Assembly: GCA_051546255.1 (NCBI GenBank)
Contig: CP128817.1
Coordinates: 1,612,001 to 1,676,000, forward strand
Reading direction: 5' to 3'
Source of the DNA: Meyerozyma guilliermondii
Taxonomy: Eukaryota
Length of the DNA: 64,000 nucleotides
The position numbers and the translations under genes are program-made. Below are positions 50,142-61,049 of this stretch, piece by piece. Numbering within the stretch: the stretch's first letter is position 1; every line of letters begins with the position of its first letter. Below the pieces are notes generated by a model. The model saw only the letters and a program-made list of their open reading frames with translations, searched no databases and was not told the DNA's origin.

Positions 50142-50987
50142 GGTGGGTGTGGATGGTGAGAGTGAGATTGTTGCGATAGCAGAGGGCGTTCCTGCGCATA
50201 CGCAAGCCACGGCGTGAGAACTGGTGGGAGGATGAAACAACTCGCAAGTCGCACAAAAACTTAAACAAATCAACTAGACGAGACGGGTGGAGCCCACATG
50301 CCTGATTTGGACAATATGTAAACAGGAAGCTCCGACAAGGTTAGGGATAAGGGTGGAAGTTTAACAGTAAGGTAATAGAAGATTTATTTTTCGAATCCAT
50401 CTTAGATACTATCACTCTGTCTCTCCCTATTCGCCTACTCTCCTTCTGACCACTCTCCCTATCTCTCCCTATTTTGTCCCTATCCACCTTCCCGAAGTGC
50501 AATCAGACCCGGCGAGTAAGTAATGGGTGCGAAATAGCGCCCCGGAAGACACACACTTGGAATGAAACAAGGATTAATATAACTACTTTTGAAGACAAAT
50601 TCTGTTTGTAGACTCCAAAACCAACTTATAGACTCGAGTAGAGCCATCAATCTCCTCCAATTCCTCGTTTGCACCCATTGAGTTCCCCCTTATTTCACCA
50701 GTCCAATCGTTTACGCACAGGCGCGCCGCTCGAAAAATAATAAAACCACAAAATACCACAAAATTAGAAAACAAAAAAAAAAATAACATACACTTGATCG
50801 ACAAACATCCAAAATTTTTATTCTCAAGCATCACTTGAACTTCCTACAATAGCTTGTTCATACACGGGCATATCGACTCCCGTACGCGTGAATCCGTGCT
50901 ATATCTCCTAGCTTAATTGAACCTGTCGATTTTTAGAAAATAGCCACATCGGTGTCCTCCCTTCCTTTTAGACGAAATAATAAAACT

Positions 50988-53900
50988 ATGGTAATACGGC
51001 AGTTTTTGCTTGTATTCTGGCTCACGTTGGCTCTGGCAACCAACATCATTCCCGTGTCACAGCCTGATATCGATTACGATTCCTTGGGTGGACGTATAGG
51101 TCTTTTTGGCCAGTTTGACGCTCTTGCTGTCTACTCCTACGAGGGACAATCGAACTTTCTCGTGGAAAAACCGTCGTCTGACTCCAAGCTCTATCTTCGA
51201 GACCTTTCTAAGAACATTAATTCCCCAATTGCTACATGCAACGGCCACATAACAGAGATTGGTCGTATATCCGAAGACTCGGTGCTCGTCAACGGTAATT
51301 TCACAACATTCAATAATAAAACCTTTCACCCTCCCATCATTTACAATATCTCCTCGAACGACGTCACCTCCATAATACCGGTCAACCAAAAGCGAGACGA
51401 TATGGAGGTCCAAGGAGACGTCAAAACAACGTTCATAGACGGTGACCTCATTTACTTAGGGGGTGACTTCTCCTTCAACGGCACCTACGGAGTTGCCATC
51501 TATAACCAAACTTCAAAGACACTTTCTTCGACCCCCTTTCAAGGTTTTGGTAAAAACTCGTCGGTCAATGCCATCACCAAAATTCTTGATAAGGACGATA
51601 ACAATGTCAATTCTGGCTCCATTATTTTTGGAGGCAAGTTCGACACCTTGGGGCTCCCAGACCTTCTCAAGCGCAACGTGTCGTCCAACTCTACCCGCAA
51701 GCATCACAAAAATTCCACTAACACCTCATTAATAGCGGCAGAGCAAATAATCTCTTTAAAACATGGACAGTTTTCAAACGTGAATGGAGCTTCTAACGAT
51801 GATGATAGCTCTCTCGTATGTCCTTCCGGTGGCTCGGTCTGGTCGTTACAGCCCAACATGGGTGGACAATGGGCTGTCTCTTTGCCCAGCGCATTAAATG
51901 GCTTGTTTCCCACAAAAGCAAGACTTTATGTTCCTCAAGGAGAAGATGGCGTGAAGTTTTTCAGGATCTATACCTATCCTAATAACGGTATTATGAATCT
52001 CTCGTACATTGACCCATCCACAAACACCAGAAAGTACTGTGACTCCTCCTGCCCGTTAATGCAAGCGTCAAAGCTTTCTGAGGCCACAAGTAATAACATT
52101 GAGAATGCAAAAAACCTTACAGACTCTACCACTTTTGTGGACTCGGAGGACGGCTCATTTTCTACGTACTATGATTCTTCCACGAAGACCAAAACCCTTG
52201 GTTATGGCGAAGGATATCAAGAATTTGCTTTTGAAAATCAAGTCCCGATAGATAAAATCGGCATAACAGTCACAGATTGGTTTGGATCCAAGGGTGAGTT
52301 AGCCGGATTCGAACTTTACCTGAACTCGATTGTGGTATATGGTAACGATACTCTTAACGAACCAAACTGCGATGAAGAAGATGACCTTAGTAACTATTCA
52401 GATATTGAGCAGGGCAAATTTGCGTCTATCCAGAGTCTCTCAGATTCGGTGATCGACACCAGCTATGTGGTGAGTACCGATCCTAAAGCAGAAATAACCC
52501 TTTATCCTAATATTTCATATTCGGGTAACTACTCCCTCTTATTTCACACACCAGGTTGTATTCAGGATAACTCGTGTTCTAACAGGCTGATTGTGAACGT
52601 CACGGTCATCGATCATGAAGACACCATTTTGGCTTCTCATTTAATTTACCAGAACAACGACTATAACAAGTTTGATTATTTGTTCTATGGTCACTTGAAT
52701 GGATCAAGTACCAGCGACGGACGCAACAAGGTAAGAGTCTCTTATTCCTCCTCGATTGGTGATTCAAAGGGATCTTGGACTGTGGTGGATAAGGTGACAG
52801 CGAACATCGTATCCTTAGACGACTATTACGACAGAAACTCCACCAACAAGACCATGAAGAAAAACACATCAGATTACGACGTAACGACTCTTGAGCTCAA
52901 TGGATTGTTTGAGTATTCATTGAATAACTTTTCGTCCTTTGAACCTTCCGCGGTGTCTTACAAGAAAGACAACTCCACAATCATCAGCAAGAGAAACACC
53001 TTTGTCGGGAACTCGTCCATTAACGTTTTGAGTTCCAAATTGTCAAAGGACTCGGAAGTGAACAACATCAACTTGAATGATAAAACACTTACTTTGTTAG
53101 GAGACTTTGAGTCCAAGAATTTGTCCTTGTCGAATAACAACCTTCTTACGTTGTCATTGTCACCGTTCAATTCGTCTTCTAATCAGTCCGAGAGTACTCT
53201 CGCCAAGCGTCTATTGAAGCGTGCCTCACAAAAGATTTACGGGGTTGAATTCAATAACAGCATTTCTAAGATATTCAATTACTATAACAGTGAGGTGTTT
53301 GTGGGAAGTTTTGGAATTCAGAACCTGGGCTCTACAATCAAAGATCTTTCCAACAAAAATGCCACCACTGATTCGGGAAATAATTTCGCGATTTATGGTG
53401 ACTCAACGTGGTATACGTTTGGGAATGAGTTTATTGATGCTGACTTTGATCAATTTAGCAACTTTACATTAGACGATGTGGAATACTTTGTCTTTTCGTC
53501 TTCATCTTCTGATGATTCCCAAATTTGGGATAATTCGAATAGGAAATGGCTTAGTGATAGCGACTTCGATGTTTCGCTGGCACTTGATATAAACTCAAAG
53601 CAACAAGTCTTGAGTGGTTCATCTTTCAACGTGATGGACTTGACTTCTGTTGACCAAGCATATATTGGAAAAGGTGATTTGAAAAAATATGATTTTAAGG
53701 TAACAAATGGTTCCATTTCGGCGTCATATTATGTCAACGACTCTGTTAGTATCGTTGGTGGGTTCTTCAATTCAGAGCTTGGTTCTAATTTGGGCGTCGT
53801 TAGCAACGATGGAAAGCAAAGTTCTGTGACCCCAATTGCGCTGAAGATTTCACTTTCAAAGAATAGTTCCATTCAAGCGTTGTACGCTGACCATGAAGGC

Positions 53901-54965
53901 AAGTATTTGTTCGTGGGAACGAACGGGTCTGCCAGCATCGGACTGTCAACATCTATCACAGGGGTGGTGATATACGACTTGCAGGAAAACGAACTCACGG
54001 ACTTTCAGCCAGCATCGTTATCCAACAGTAACAGTGGTAATGTGGCTATTAATTCCATTGTGCTTCATGACAAGGATGAAAAGTTACTAGTTGGTGGTAA
54101 TTTCACCACGGCTGGGTCATTACTGTGTGAAGGTCTTTGCATCTATGATATCAAAAACACACGGTGGAACAGTCCACTGGAGAACGACGAGCTTACAGGT
54201 GTGGTGACCCATATTAACTTCTTTGAAACCAATAAAGTTCTTATTGGCGGGTCACTCAAGTTGAATGGCCGGTCTCAGTCTTTTGTTACCTATGACATTA
54301 GCAAGAGTGCCTACTCCACCGATGTTAAATCGCTTGACTCTGATGAGTTGGTTCAAAAGTTCATACTTGTTGACGAGAGCGATATGCCTAATGGCCGTAT
54401 AATTGCTTATGGCCCAGGCTTCGTGAAGGCTTATGATGGCAAACAATGGCATAGTATTGATAAGGATATTCTGTTCGACTCTGCGACTGAATTGACCGAT
54501 ATCAAGTTGCTTCCGTTGAAGAAGAGTAACACTGCAAACAAGCAAACATACTTTGACAAAAATCAAGTTCTTGCACTTGCTGGAAGGTTCAACCTAACAG
54601 ACTATGGACCAGTTAACCTTGCATTATTCAACAGTACATCATGGACTCCATTTGTCTTTACAAAACAAAACTCCACCTTGGGCTCAATAGGCTCAATCTT
54701 GATGAAGGATTCTTTAAGGTTACAATCTCTGGAAGATGTTAAAAAAGAGTCCAAGATGACTAGAGGTCAAGTAGTTGGAGTGTCCTTGGCAGCCGCACTC
54801 GGCTCGACCGCATTAATGGGTCTCCTTTATCTCATTCCTTACTACGCTTTCTTTAGACAAAACAACAGGAAAGGCGCTCAGCAGCGGATTCATGAGAACG
54901 AAATGATGGATGCCGTTAATCCTCAAGAATTGTTTCATGAGATCGATTTGCATAGAAACCATTGA
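50988..54965 (+). CDS. RAX2: Bud-site selection protein Rax2 (type I membrane glycoprotein)
   Basis: Signal peptide; PTKARLY; FRIYTYPNNGIMNLSYIDP; TPGCIQDNSC; C-terminal TM segment GQVVGVSLAAALG followed by RIHENEMMDAVNP. ATG at 50988; MCB ACGCGT at 50884. Confidence 0.93.
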   Translation: MVIRQFLLVFWLTLALATNIIPVSQPDIDYDSLGGRIGLFGQFDALAVYSYEGQSNFLVEKPSSDSKLYLRDLSKNINSPIATCNGHITEIGRISEDSVLVNGNFTTFNNKTFHPPIIYNISSNDVTSIIPVNQKRDDMEVQGDVKTTFIDGDLIYLGGDFSFNGTYGVAIYNQTSKTLSSTPFQGFGKNSSVNAITKILDKDDNNVNSGSIIFGGKFDTLGLPDLLKRNVSSNSTRKHHKNSTNTSLIAAEQIISLKHGQFSNVNGASNDDDSSLVCPSGGSVWSLQPNMGGQWAVSLPSALNGLFPTKARLYVPQGEDGVKFFRIYTYPNNGIMNLSYIDPSTNTRKYCDSSCPLMQASKLSEATSNNIENAKNLTDSTTFVDSEDGSFSTYYDSSTKTKTLGYGEGYQEFAFENQVPIDKIGITVTDWFGSKGELAGFELYLNSIVVYGNDTLNEPNCDEEDDLSNYSDIEQGKFASIQSLSDSVIDTSYVVSTDPKAEITLYPNISYSGNYSLLFHTPGCIQDNSCSNRLIVNVTVIDHEDTILASHLIYQNNDYNKFDYLFYGHLNGSSTSDGRNKVRVSYSSSIGDSKGSWTVVDKVTANIVSLDDYYDRNSTNKTMKKNTSDYDVTTLELNGLFEYSLNNFSSFEPSAVSYKKDNSTIISKRNTFVGNSSINVLSSKLSKDSEVNNINLNDKTLTLLGDFESKNLSLSNNNLLTLSLSPFNSSSNQSESTLAKRLLKRASQKIYGVEFNNSISKIFNYYNSEVFVGSFGIQNLGSTIKDLSNKNATTDSGNNFAIYGDSTWYTFGNEFIDADFDQFSNFTLDDVEYFVFSSSSSDDSQIWDNSNRKWLSDSDFDVSLALDINSKQQVLSGSSFNVMDLTSVDQAYIGKGDLKKYDFKVTNGSISASYYVNDSVSIVGGFFNSELGSNLGVVSNDGKQSSVTPIALKISLSKNSSIQALYADHEGKYLFVGTNGSASIGLSTSITGVVIYDLQENELTDFQPASLSNSNSGNVAINSIVLHDKDEKLLVGGNFTTAGSLLCEGLCIYDIKNTRWNSPLENDELTGVVTHINFFETNKVLIGGSLKLNGRSQSFVTYDISKSAYSTDVKSLDSDELVQKFILVDESDMPNGRIIAYGPGFVKAYDGKQWHSIDKDILFDSATELTDIKLLPLKKSNTANKQTYFDKNQVLALAGRFNLTDYGPVNLALFNSTSWTPFVFTKQNSTLGSIGSILMKDSLRLQSLEDVKKESKMTRGQVVGVSLAAALGSTALMGLLYLIPYYAFFRQNNRKGAQQRIHENEMMDAVNPQELFHEIDLHRNH

Positions 54966-55043
54966 TATGGTTATAATCAGTTAGAAAGCATACTAGAGTG
55001 TAATAAATTTATTATCTCATTCTACATATCTGAGCATAACTTT

Positions 55044-58000
55044 TTACGCCGTTGTACTCTCACTTCTTTCCTCATCGGAGGGATCATCAATGTCAAAGAG
55101 TCTTGTGTCGGGGTTGGTAACTTCGTGTTCGGTAACTTCCAGCTCTACTGGTGGAGTGTCGTGATCGTCCTGGTTAAAGTTGACATCGATGCCCTCTTCC
55201 AATTCCTCTTCGTAGTTGTCTCTAAATTCCCCGAACAATTCATCTTCGTCCTCTGCATCAGGGATCCGTACAAAATTGCGTCCACTAGGTCTCCTCGAAA
55301 ACAACAGGAAAGTGACCTTATCAAATAAGAATCTGTCGAACTTGCGAAGAGTCTTGAAAGTTGCAATCGCTCCTGCGACTACAATTATTCCACCACGAAC
55401 AATGGTGTTCACAACTTTGTCAAGCTGATTGTTTTCGATAGGTTGAAAGTCGTCATCATCAGCGTCTAGTCTAATTTGTCCGAGCCTTTTAAGCCCTCCA
55501 TTTCGACGAATACCCCTATCGTACACAATCCAAGTTGCGAAGAAGAACACTGCCAAAGGTACAAACAATATAGCAAATAAATTGCCTCCAGTAAGCTCTT
55601 TTCCATAGTGTTTGTTGTATTCCTTTTCCTTTCCAGGACAAGGATGAGCTTGCCATCCATCAAATCTTTTACCGCCCTCACAAGTTGATATAGGAATTTT
55701 CCGATATCCAGTGGTTTCGGTGTACTCAAACGCATTCTCCTTCAGACACATATCCTTCTTCCGATCGGAAGGCGACAATCCTGGAACAAGTTTACAGGTT
55801 TTATCTGTATCCATGAAATAGTTGTAGTCACACTCGAAATCTCGCCTTGTACAGCTACAATTTCTGACCATTTTGAATCCCTCTTTCAATGGGGCACTGC
55901 CAATGAAACAATCATTGTGGCCCTCTGCACGACGAAGGTATTTTGCTTCGTGACCAAATAGACATTTGTCGGCACTCTCTGGGTGATTGGGCGACCAATA
56001 CTCAAAGTCGTCACTGTCAGGATTATCCAAATCAATTTGACACTGACGCTTATGAATATTAGTGAAATCGATGGAGTATGAGAGTAGAGTCCGTTTATGG
56101 GACTTTGTAGTTCCAAATATAAGGAACTTGCGAGAAGTATCCGAAGGAACGGTCGCTAAATCCAAGACGTGAATAGGATCCTCTGCAAATTTGTAGTCGT
56201 GCCACTTATTGCCCTCGTCCAAAGAATATGATAATGAGTTTGTGGGCTCGTCTGCCTTAACAAGGATAAGAATTGTACCTCTATCACCATATTCCCACAT
56301 ATACCTACCTTTTTTGATTTCTTTCCAGGTGTTTCCACCATCCCTTGTCAAAAAAGTAGAGCCGTCTTCATAAGAGGTCAATTTTTCGCCCACATTACCG
56401 ACACCTATCATGAGGCCGATAGCTGATGAAGACGAAAATGTGTCTCGGTAGTCAGGTCTCTCAGTATATCCGTGAAGATTCAAAGAGCATTTTTGAAGCA
56501 GTTGTCCTGAACATGGGTATTTCTTTCCTTTGGAATCGGTCGTTGGAGGAACAATATAATTCCACTCTGCACCATCATCATGAGTCATCTTGGTCTTAAG
56601 ACTTTTCTCTTTCGAGTTGCCTGTGTCTGAAACAACATTTGCTATCATGAGTCCCTCAATGCCTTCAATCCGATCGTAGTCCACATAGCCAACCTCGTTT
56701 CTGTTAACCCGATCCAATGATAATACATAATCAGTACCATTCGAATTGGATTTGAGGATGGAGCCGTATTCTTTTCCTCTTTCATTGTTGGTGGTAATGT
56801 GTATGAAAACTGCTTGTGAAACGGAATCAAGTACAGTATAAGCTTCTTGAGCGGCCACATGAAAATTGTGAGGGAAGTCTGCATCGGCAAAAGTTTCGCC
56901 GTCTACTGTCACTTTAGCCTTCAAAGACTTGGCCTTTTCGTCTATCGAAGCAACAATAACGAACTTTCCCGAGATTGCGTATCCCACTATATTTTCATGA
57001 AGAGTCTTACTGTCTTTGAAATTGGTAGTGGATGATACCAACTTCAGAGTACCTGATTTGTTACGAACAGTGCAATAAATCAAGTCCTTATTTTTCACCT
57101 TTTCCTCTTCCAAAAATGGAGAAACAAAGTCACAAGTAACAACATTATCAAGTAACTTATCAAAGCTTTGTCCATCATCCTTGGTAATATAAGCGGATAT
57201 CTCGCAATCAAACAGTTTTCCTCCACAATCACCTCCATACCAAATATACTTGTGAGGGTCCGTTTTATGGAAGGAAATCAGGCGGACCAAGTTAACCAGG
57301 TCAGTTGGAGCTCTACGTTTGACAAAGGAATTTCCTCCGTCGTCAGATACGTAAATTGTATCTCCATCAGTAACCAAAATCAACTGGCCAGGAACAAATC
57401 CAACATGGTATGCCTTGATTCTATCATTGACTGGAACTTTCTTGAAATGAATTCCTCCATCGTTTGAAATGCAAGCACTGTCGTCATCGGTCAACATGAC
57501 AACATTTTCACCGGTATAATCCTCCCCTTGCTCAAGATAAGTATACTGCCTCAAGTTTGCGTCAAAGGTGTTGAGTTCGCTATTGATCTCTAGGTCTGTT
57601 CCGCCTCCTTCATGGTTATGGCCATGGCCAACGTAGTCACTGCACTTGAAAGTTTGTTTCAGAACAAAATCACTCTCCGATTTTTTGCCCATTTTGCATT
57701 TTGTGCCATCAATTTTAACTTTGTTTGCTAAAGACAATTCTTTAGCTTTATTATGGCGACACATATGGCCGATTTTTTTGGCATTCTCAACACACTTGCC
57801 GTCGTGGAGTTCGAAACCCTCACCACACTCGAAGTCCAATTCAGTACACTCGCATGGTTCTTCGATCGTTTCCACGTCTTCGTATATCTTGTTAACAAAA
57901 CATTGAGCATCTTGCTTTCTTCTTTTGAATTTCTCCTTGTGGCCGTAAATGCAAATTGGATCTCCCTTGTCGTTAACCCGGGCGTAAAACTCTTCAAAAT

Positions 58001-59714
58001 CGTTTTTGTTACACACTTTACCTCCAAATGCATCACTAAAGTCCAAAGCATAAACCACCTCAGAAAACTCTGAATCATTCTCGTTTTCTGGAGTGTCATC
58101 GTAAATGCCCGTGAGTATGAACTTTGCCGCAGTAGCGTCTGTCATTGAGGAAACAATGAGAGGGTAAATTGGCTTTTCGAGTTTTCCCTTTTCCCAGGTC
58201 TTTCCTTGATCAGTCGAATAGTAGTATACATCCGTGCTCATCTTTTCCTTGCCGTAATAAGGTACAGCAAAAATGACGTTTCCTTGATCTCCAAAGGAAA
58301 ACAGACATGGTGTATCGATAGCACTACTCCAGGTCGCACCACCGTCTCTCGAAATCCAAGTCAGCATTTTGTGAAGGCTCTTATCAAGATGATCACCGGT
58401 GCTACCAACGCCCATCATTATTCCGGGAACTGGACCTGTAACGAACTTGCCTGATCCATCTCGCTCGTTGGGAGAGAGTAAATGGAGAGAACAACCATCG
58501 TCGACTTTACAGTTGTCGTCCGTAACCTTAAGAGGCAGCCACGACACACCATCATCAAACGACATTTTGGTCTTGATATTGGCGTTTAGACCACCACCCA
58601 TAAGCATGTCAAGAAGACTGTGCTCCTTCTCATCGCTTTCTTCCTCTGCGCGATTTGCAATCCATACTCCGTCGATTTTCAGAACCTTCTCAACGCTGTT
58701 TCCTTGTACTCGATCCAAGATTTTGGAAAATCTCAAGCCAGAAGAGTCAGACTTGTAGACAGTTGATAAAGAAAATTTCTTGAGATGACTGGAATAGTCG
58801 AGAACAGACAAAAATAAGGCTGAGGGAGACGATTCCAAAAATGTCATGACACCATAGGCAACGTCAATGTGCACATCGGCTTCATGGAAGTTTTTGCCAT
58901 CTTTAGAGACTAGCATTGAAACCTTTGAATTTCTGTTGAACTTATCGTTCTGAATCACGGCAATGATAAAGTCGCTTTCGACTTTAATGTCAAGAATCGA
59001 GCCAGACCTGCCCTTCTTATGGCTCAACTTGTTCAGTGTTTTGAAGAAATCGTCCGAAGATATTATGGTCGACTCTACGATATTACCAAAAGAGTTAACA
59101 TCGTTAAGAGAGCATACGAGTGCTTCTTCCTTGCCTTCTTGAAAGTCTTTCGTGGACCTCAAAAACCGGCACACTTCTGCATCAGTTGGCAATTCCTTAG
59201 GACTCGATTTGAAGCCATCGGTGGTATAATAATGTTTCCGCTTGCATTTTGCCGATAATGGACCCTTGTGAGGACAACTATAGTAATCAATGAGTGCCAA
59301 GTCGGGGTTTTGGGCATGAAAGATAACGTGGGGTTCGCTATCCATATCTGCGGGTTTCTTATTTGAATCCACCAATTGAAATTTTTTCCAGCTTTTTCCG
59401 CTATCCTGAGTTACAAACTGGTCTTTACCATCTGTGAACGCAAATCCTCGAGTTTTAACAAACGGATCAATCTCATAGGCAACAATTTTCTTGCCCTTGG
59501 TTTCCTCAACCACTTGCCATTTGGCACCATCGTCAAAGGACATGCTAAGCTCGCCGTCTTTGGAGAGTCCAAGAATGTTACTGGAGTCGTCAAAGTACAC
59601 TACATCGCTGGAAATCCTTTTTCTAGTCAGTATGGAAATCTTGGGGCTGAAATCCTTTTGCTCTGAAAAGCTAACAAGGGCTAAAAATAGCCATATGAAG
59701 CTCCACCAACGCAT
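55044..59714 (-). CDS. VPS10: Vacuolar sorting receptor Vps10/Pep1
   Basis: Signal peptide; two VPS10 domains with Asp-box repeats (SFDDGAKW, SRDGGATW, TRDGGNTW, SLDEGNKW); 10CC modules; TM segment; acidic tail. Confidence 0.97.
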   Translation of the reverse strand: MRWWSFIWLFLALVSFSEQKDFSPKISILTRKRISSDVVYFDDSSNILGLSKDGELSMSFDDGAKWQVVEETKGKKIVAYEIDPFVKTRGFAFTDGKDQFVTQDSGKSWKKFQLVDSNKKPADMDSEPHVIFHAQNPDLALIDYYSCPHKGPLSAKCKRKHYYTTDGFKSSPKELPTDAEVCRFLRSTKDFQEGKEEALVCSLNDVNSFGNIVESTIISSDDFFKTLNKLSHKKGRSGSILDIKVESDFIIAVIQNDKFNRNSKVSMLVSKDGKNFHEADVHIDVAYGVMTFLESSPSALFLSVLDYSSHLKKFSLSTVYKSDSSGLRFSKILDRVQGNSVEKVLKIDGVWIANRAEEESDEKEHSLLDMLMGGGLNANIKTKMSFDDGVSWLPLKVTDDNCKVDDGCSLHLLSPNERDGSGKFVTGPVPGIMMGVGSTGDHLDKSLHKMLTWISRDGGATWSSAIDTPCLFSFGDQGNVIFAVPYYGKEKMSTDVYYYSTDQGKTWEKGKLEKPIYPLIVSSMTDATAAKFILTGIYDDTPENENDSEFSEVVYALDFSDAFGGKVCNKNDFEEFYARVNDKGDPICIYGHKEKFKRRKQDAQCFVNKIYEDVETIEEPCECTELDFECGEGFELHDGKCVENAKKIGHMCRHNKAKELSLANKVKIDGTKCKMGKKSESDFVLKQTFKCSDYVGHGHNHEGGGTDLEINSELNTFDANLRQYTYLEQGEDYTGENVVMLTDDDSACISNDGGIHFKKVPVNDRIKAYHVGFVPGQLILVTDGDTIYVSDDGGNSFVKRRAPTDLVNLVRLISFHKTDPHKYIWYGGDCGGKLFDCEISAYITKDDGQSFDKLLDNVVTCDFVSPFLEEEKVKNKDLIYCTVRNKSGTLKLVSSTTNFKDSKTLHENIVGYAISGKFVIVASIDEKAKSLKAKVTVDGETFADADFPHNFHVAAQEAYTVLDSVSQAVFIHITTNNERGKEYGSILKSNSNGTDYVLSLDRVNRNEVGYVDYDRIEGIEGLMIANVVSDTGNSKEKSLKTKMTHDDGAEWNYIVPPTTDSKGKKYPCSGQLLQKCSLNLHGYTERPDYRDTFSSSSAIGLMIGVGNVGEKLTSYEDGSTFLTRDGGNTWKEIKKGRYMWEYGDRGTILILVKADEPTNSLSYSLDEGNKWHDYKFAEDPIHVLDLATVPSDTSRKFLIFGTTKSHKRTLLSYSIDFTNIHKRQCQIDLDNPDSDDFEYWSPNHPESADKCLFGHEAKYLRRAEGHNDCFIGSAPLKEGFKMVRNCSCTRRDFECDYNYFMDTDKTCKLVPGLSPSDRKKDMCLKENAFEYTETTGYRKIPISTCEGGKRFDGWQAHPCPGKEKEYNKHYGKELTGGNLFAILFVPLAVFFFATWIVYDRGIRRNGGLKRLGQIRLDADDDDFQPIENNQLDKVVNTIVRGGIIVVAGAIATFKTLRKFDRFLFDKVTFLLFSRRPSGRNFVRIPDAEDEDELFGEFRDNYEEELEEGIDVNFNQDDHDTPPVELEVTEHEVTNPDTRLFDIDDPSDEERSESTTA

Positions 59715-60058
59715 CGTTTTGAATTACGGTAGTTATGTACCCGATGAGATGGAAATGGACGAATGATATGAGCTCTGAATTGGTACGATTTCAACAAAGG
59801 TATTGTATAATTGTCACGATAGCTGGCAGGTATCGCCATCCCAACACCAACTATGGCTGTGCTTATGTAACGGGGCAGTGACAAGGGGAGAGTAAGTTTA
59901 AGGAGAAGAGAAGGGGAAAGAAAGAAGAAAACGGAAGAAGAGAGACAATTCATAACGGGTATGGCGTGATTCTTCGTGATTGTGTGGATTACACTATTCT
60001 TATATAGCATGATATTCATTTTGCAACATTGCCTAAACCTTTCCTTTCCTTCCAACAC

Positions 60059-60441
60059 TTAGCAGCTAGTAAGCCTTAGCGTACAATTAGCATCGATGCT
60101 ACTATAGTACTGGTCCAAGTTGAAGGTGCAAGCAAAAAGTGACAGTTCAAATTTCTCTCGGTCTTGTCGATCAATTTGCAATACAGCTGACCTTCCATTC
60201 TCTTCTGTGATTGCATAAGGGAGACAAGCTCCAGATATGCCATAAAGTTTGGTCAATGACGAATTAATTATGGTTATCCATGTGATTTTATCGATCGACA
60301 AATTCTCAATTTCCAGCCTTATTGAGTCGTCTGCCTGTGGATCGACAATTCTGGGTTAGTTTCCTGGGTAGCTATAAGTGAAATCCAATTTCAAACTTAC
60401 ATTTCAAGGCTCAATTCAACTTTATCGGTATCATCTCCCAT
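60059..60441 (-). CDS. POP8: RNase P/MRP subunit Pop8, two exons: join(60441..60401, 60350..60059), 110 aa
   Basis: IDKITWITIINSSLTKLYGISG...LQIDRQDREKFE(S)SL resembles Pop8; the gene lies next to VPS10/PEP1, as POP8 does in S. cerevisiae; splicing restores the frame from ATG 60441. Confidence 0.8.
60351..60400 (-). other. 50-nt spliceosomal intron in POP8
   Basis: GTAAGT...AACTAAC-CCAG; phase-2 junction AT|A keeps the frame. Confidence 0.82.
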
Positions 60442-60496
60442 CAGTAAAGATTATTTGAAGCGATTCTCAATGGGGTGTGCCATCCTAACACCCACA

Positions 60497-60997
60497 CTAA
60501 GTGTTGGGGCCGATGAGGATCTCTATTTGCACGCTTGAGCTTTCGTACGACGAGTCGTCGGTTTCTTCATCCACTGCAGGAGTATTTTCGTTGGTGGTTT
60601 TGTCGCTGGAAAAATCCGGGCTTTTTGGGCTTATTTCAGGCTCTTGGAATTTTTTGCTTTCGTCGCCGCCTGCAGGCAAGATGACTCGAACTGGAAGAGG
60701 TACGGCGTTGTTTGGCACTGACGATACTGGGATCAAAAGATATGATTGGCCGTTGAAGGTCATTATTGGTGTAGACGCTGGGAAGCTCCAGTCTTCATTA
60801 GGATCCCAAGGAATACCCGTAGTATATCTTTCGGATCTTTTGCGGTGATTTTTGGTCAGACATTGAGCTATAAAATCAGTAAAATTTTCCCTGAATCTCA
60901 CTCTACTTTGTACGTTACGTAACTTGAGCAAGGTAGGGATGGAGTAGCGGATTTTTCTTCGTGCCGAAGATGCTTTCGTGATTCTTTTTTTACCCAT
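60497..60997 (-). CDS. Hypothetical 166-aa protein with a candidate eIF4E-binding motif
   Basis: ATG at 60997 (the upstream part of the track ORF is the tRNA). MGKKRITKASSARRKIRYSIPTLLKLRNV...; acidic S/P-rich tail. Confidence 0.6.
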   Translation of the reverse strand: MGKKRITKASSARRKIRYSIPTLLKLRNVQSRVRFRENFTDFIAQCLTKNHRKRSERYTTGIPWDPNEDWSFPASTPIMTFNGQSYLLIPVSSVPNNAVPLPVRVILPAGGDESKKFQEPEISPKSPDFSSDKTTNENTPAVDEETDDSSYESSSVQIEILIGPNT

Positions 60998-61049
60998 GCC
61001 ACAAATAAGAGTTGCAACAATTCGCAGCCAAATTGAAAAAAATAGGTAC

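Noticed and set aside
50583..50678. 31-aa ORF with EELEEIDGSTRVYKLV, reminiscent of prefoldin subunit 6
   Set aside because: The similarity stops before the conserved GPVL hairpin, and no splice signals extend it.
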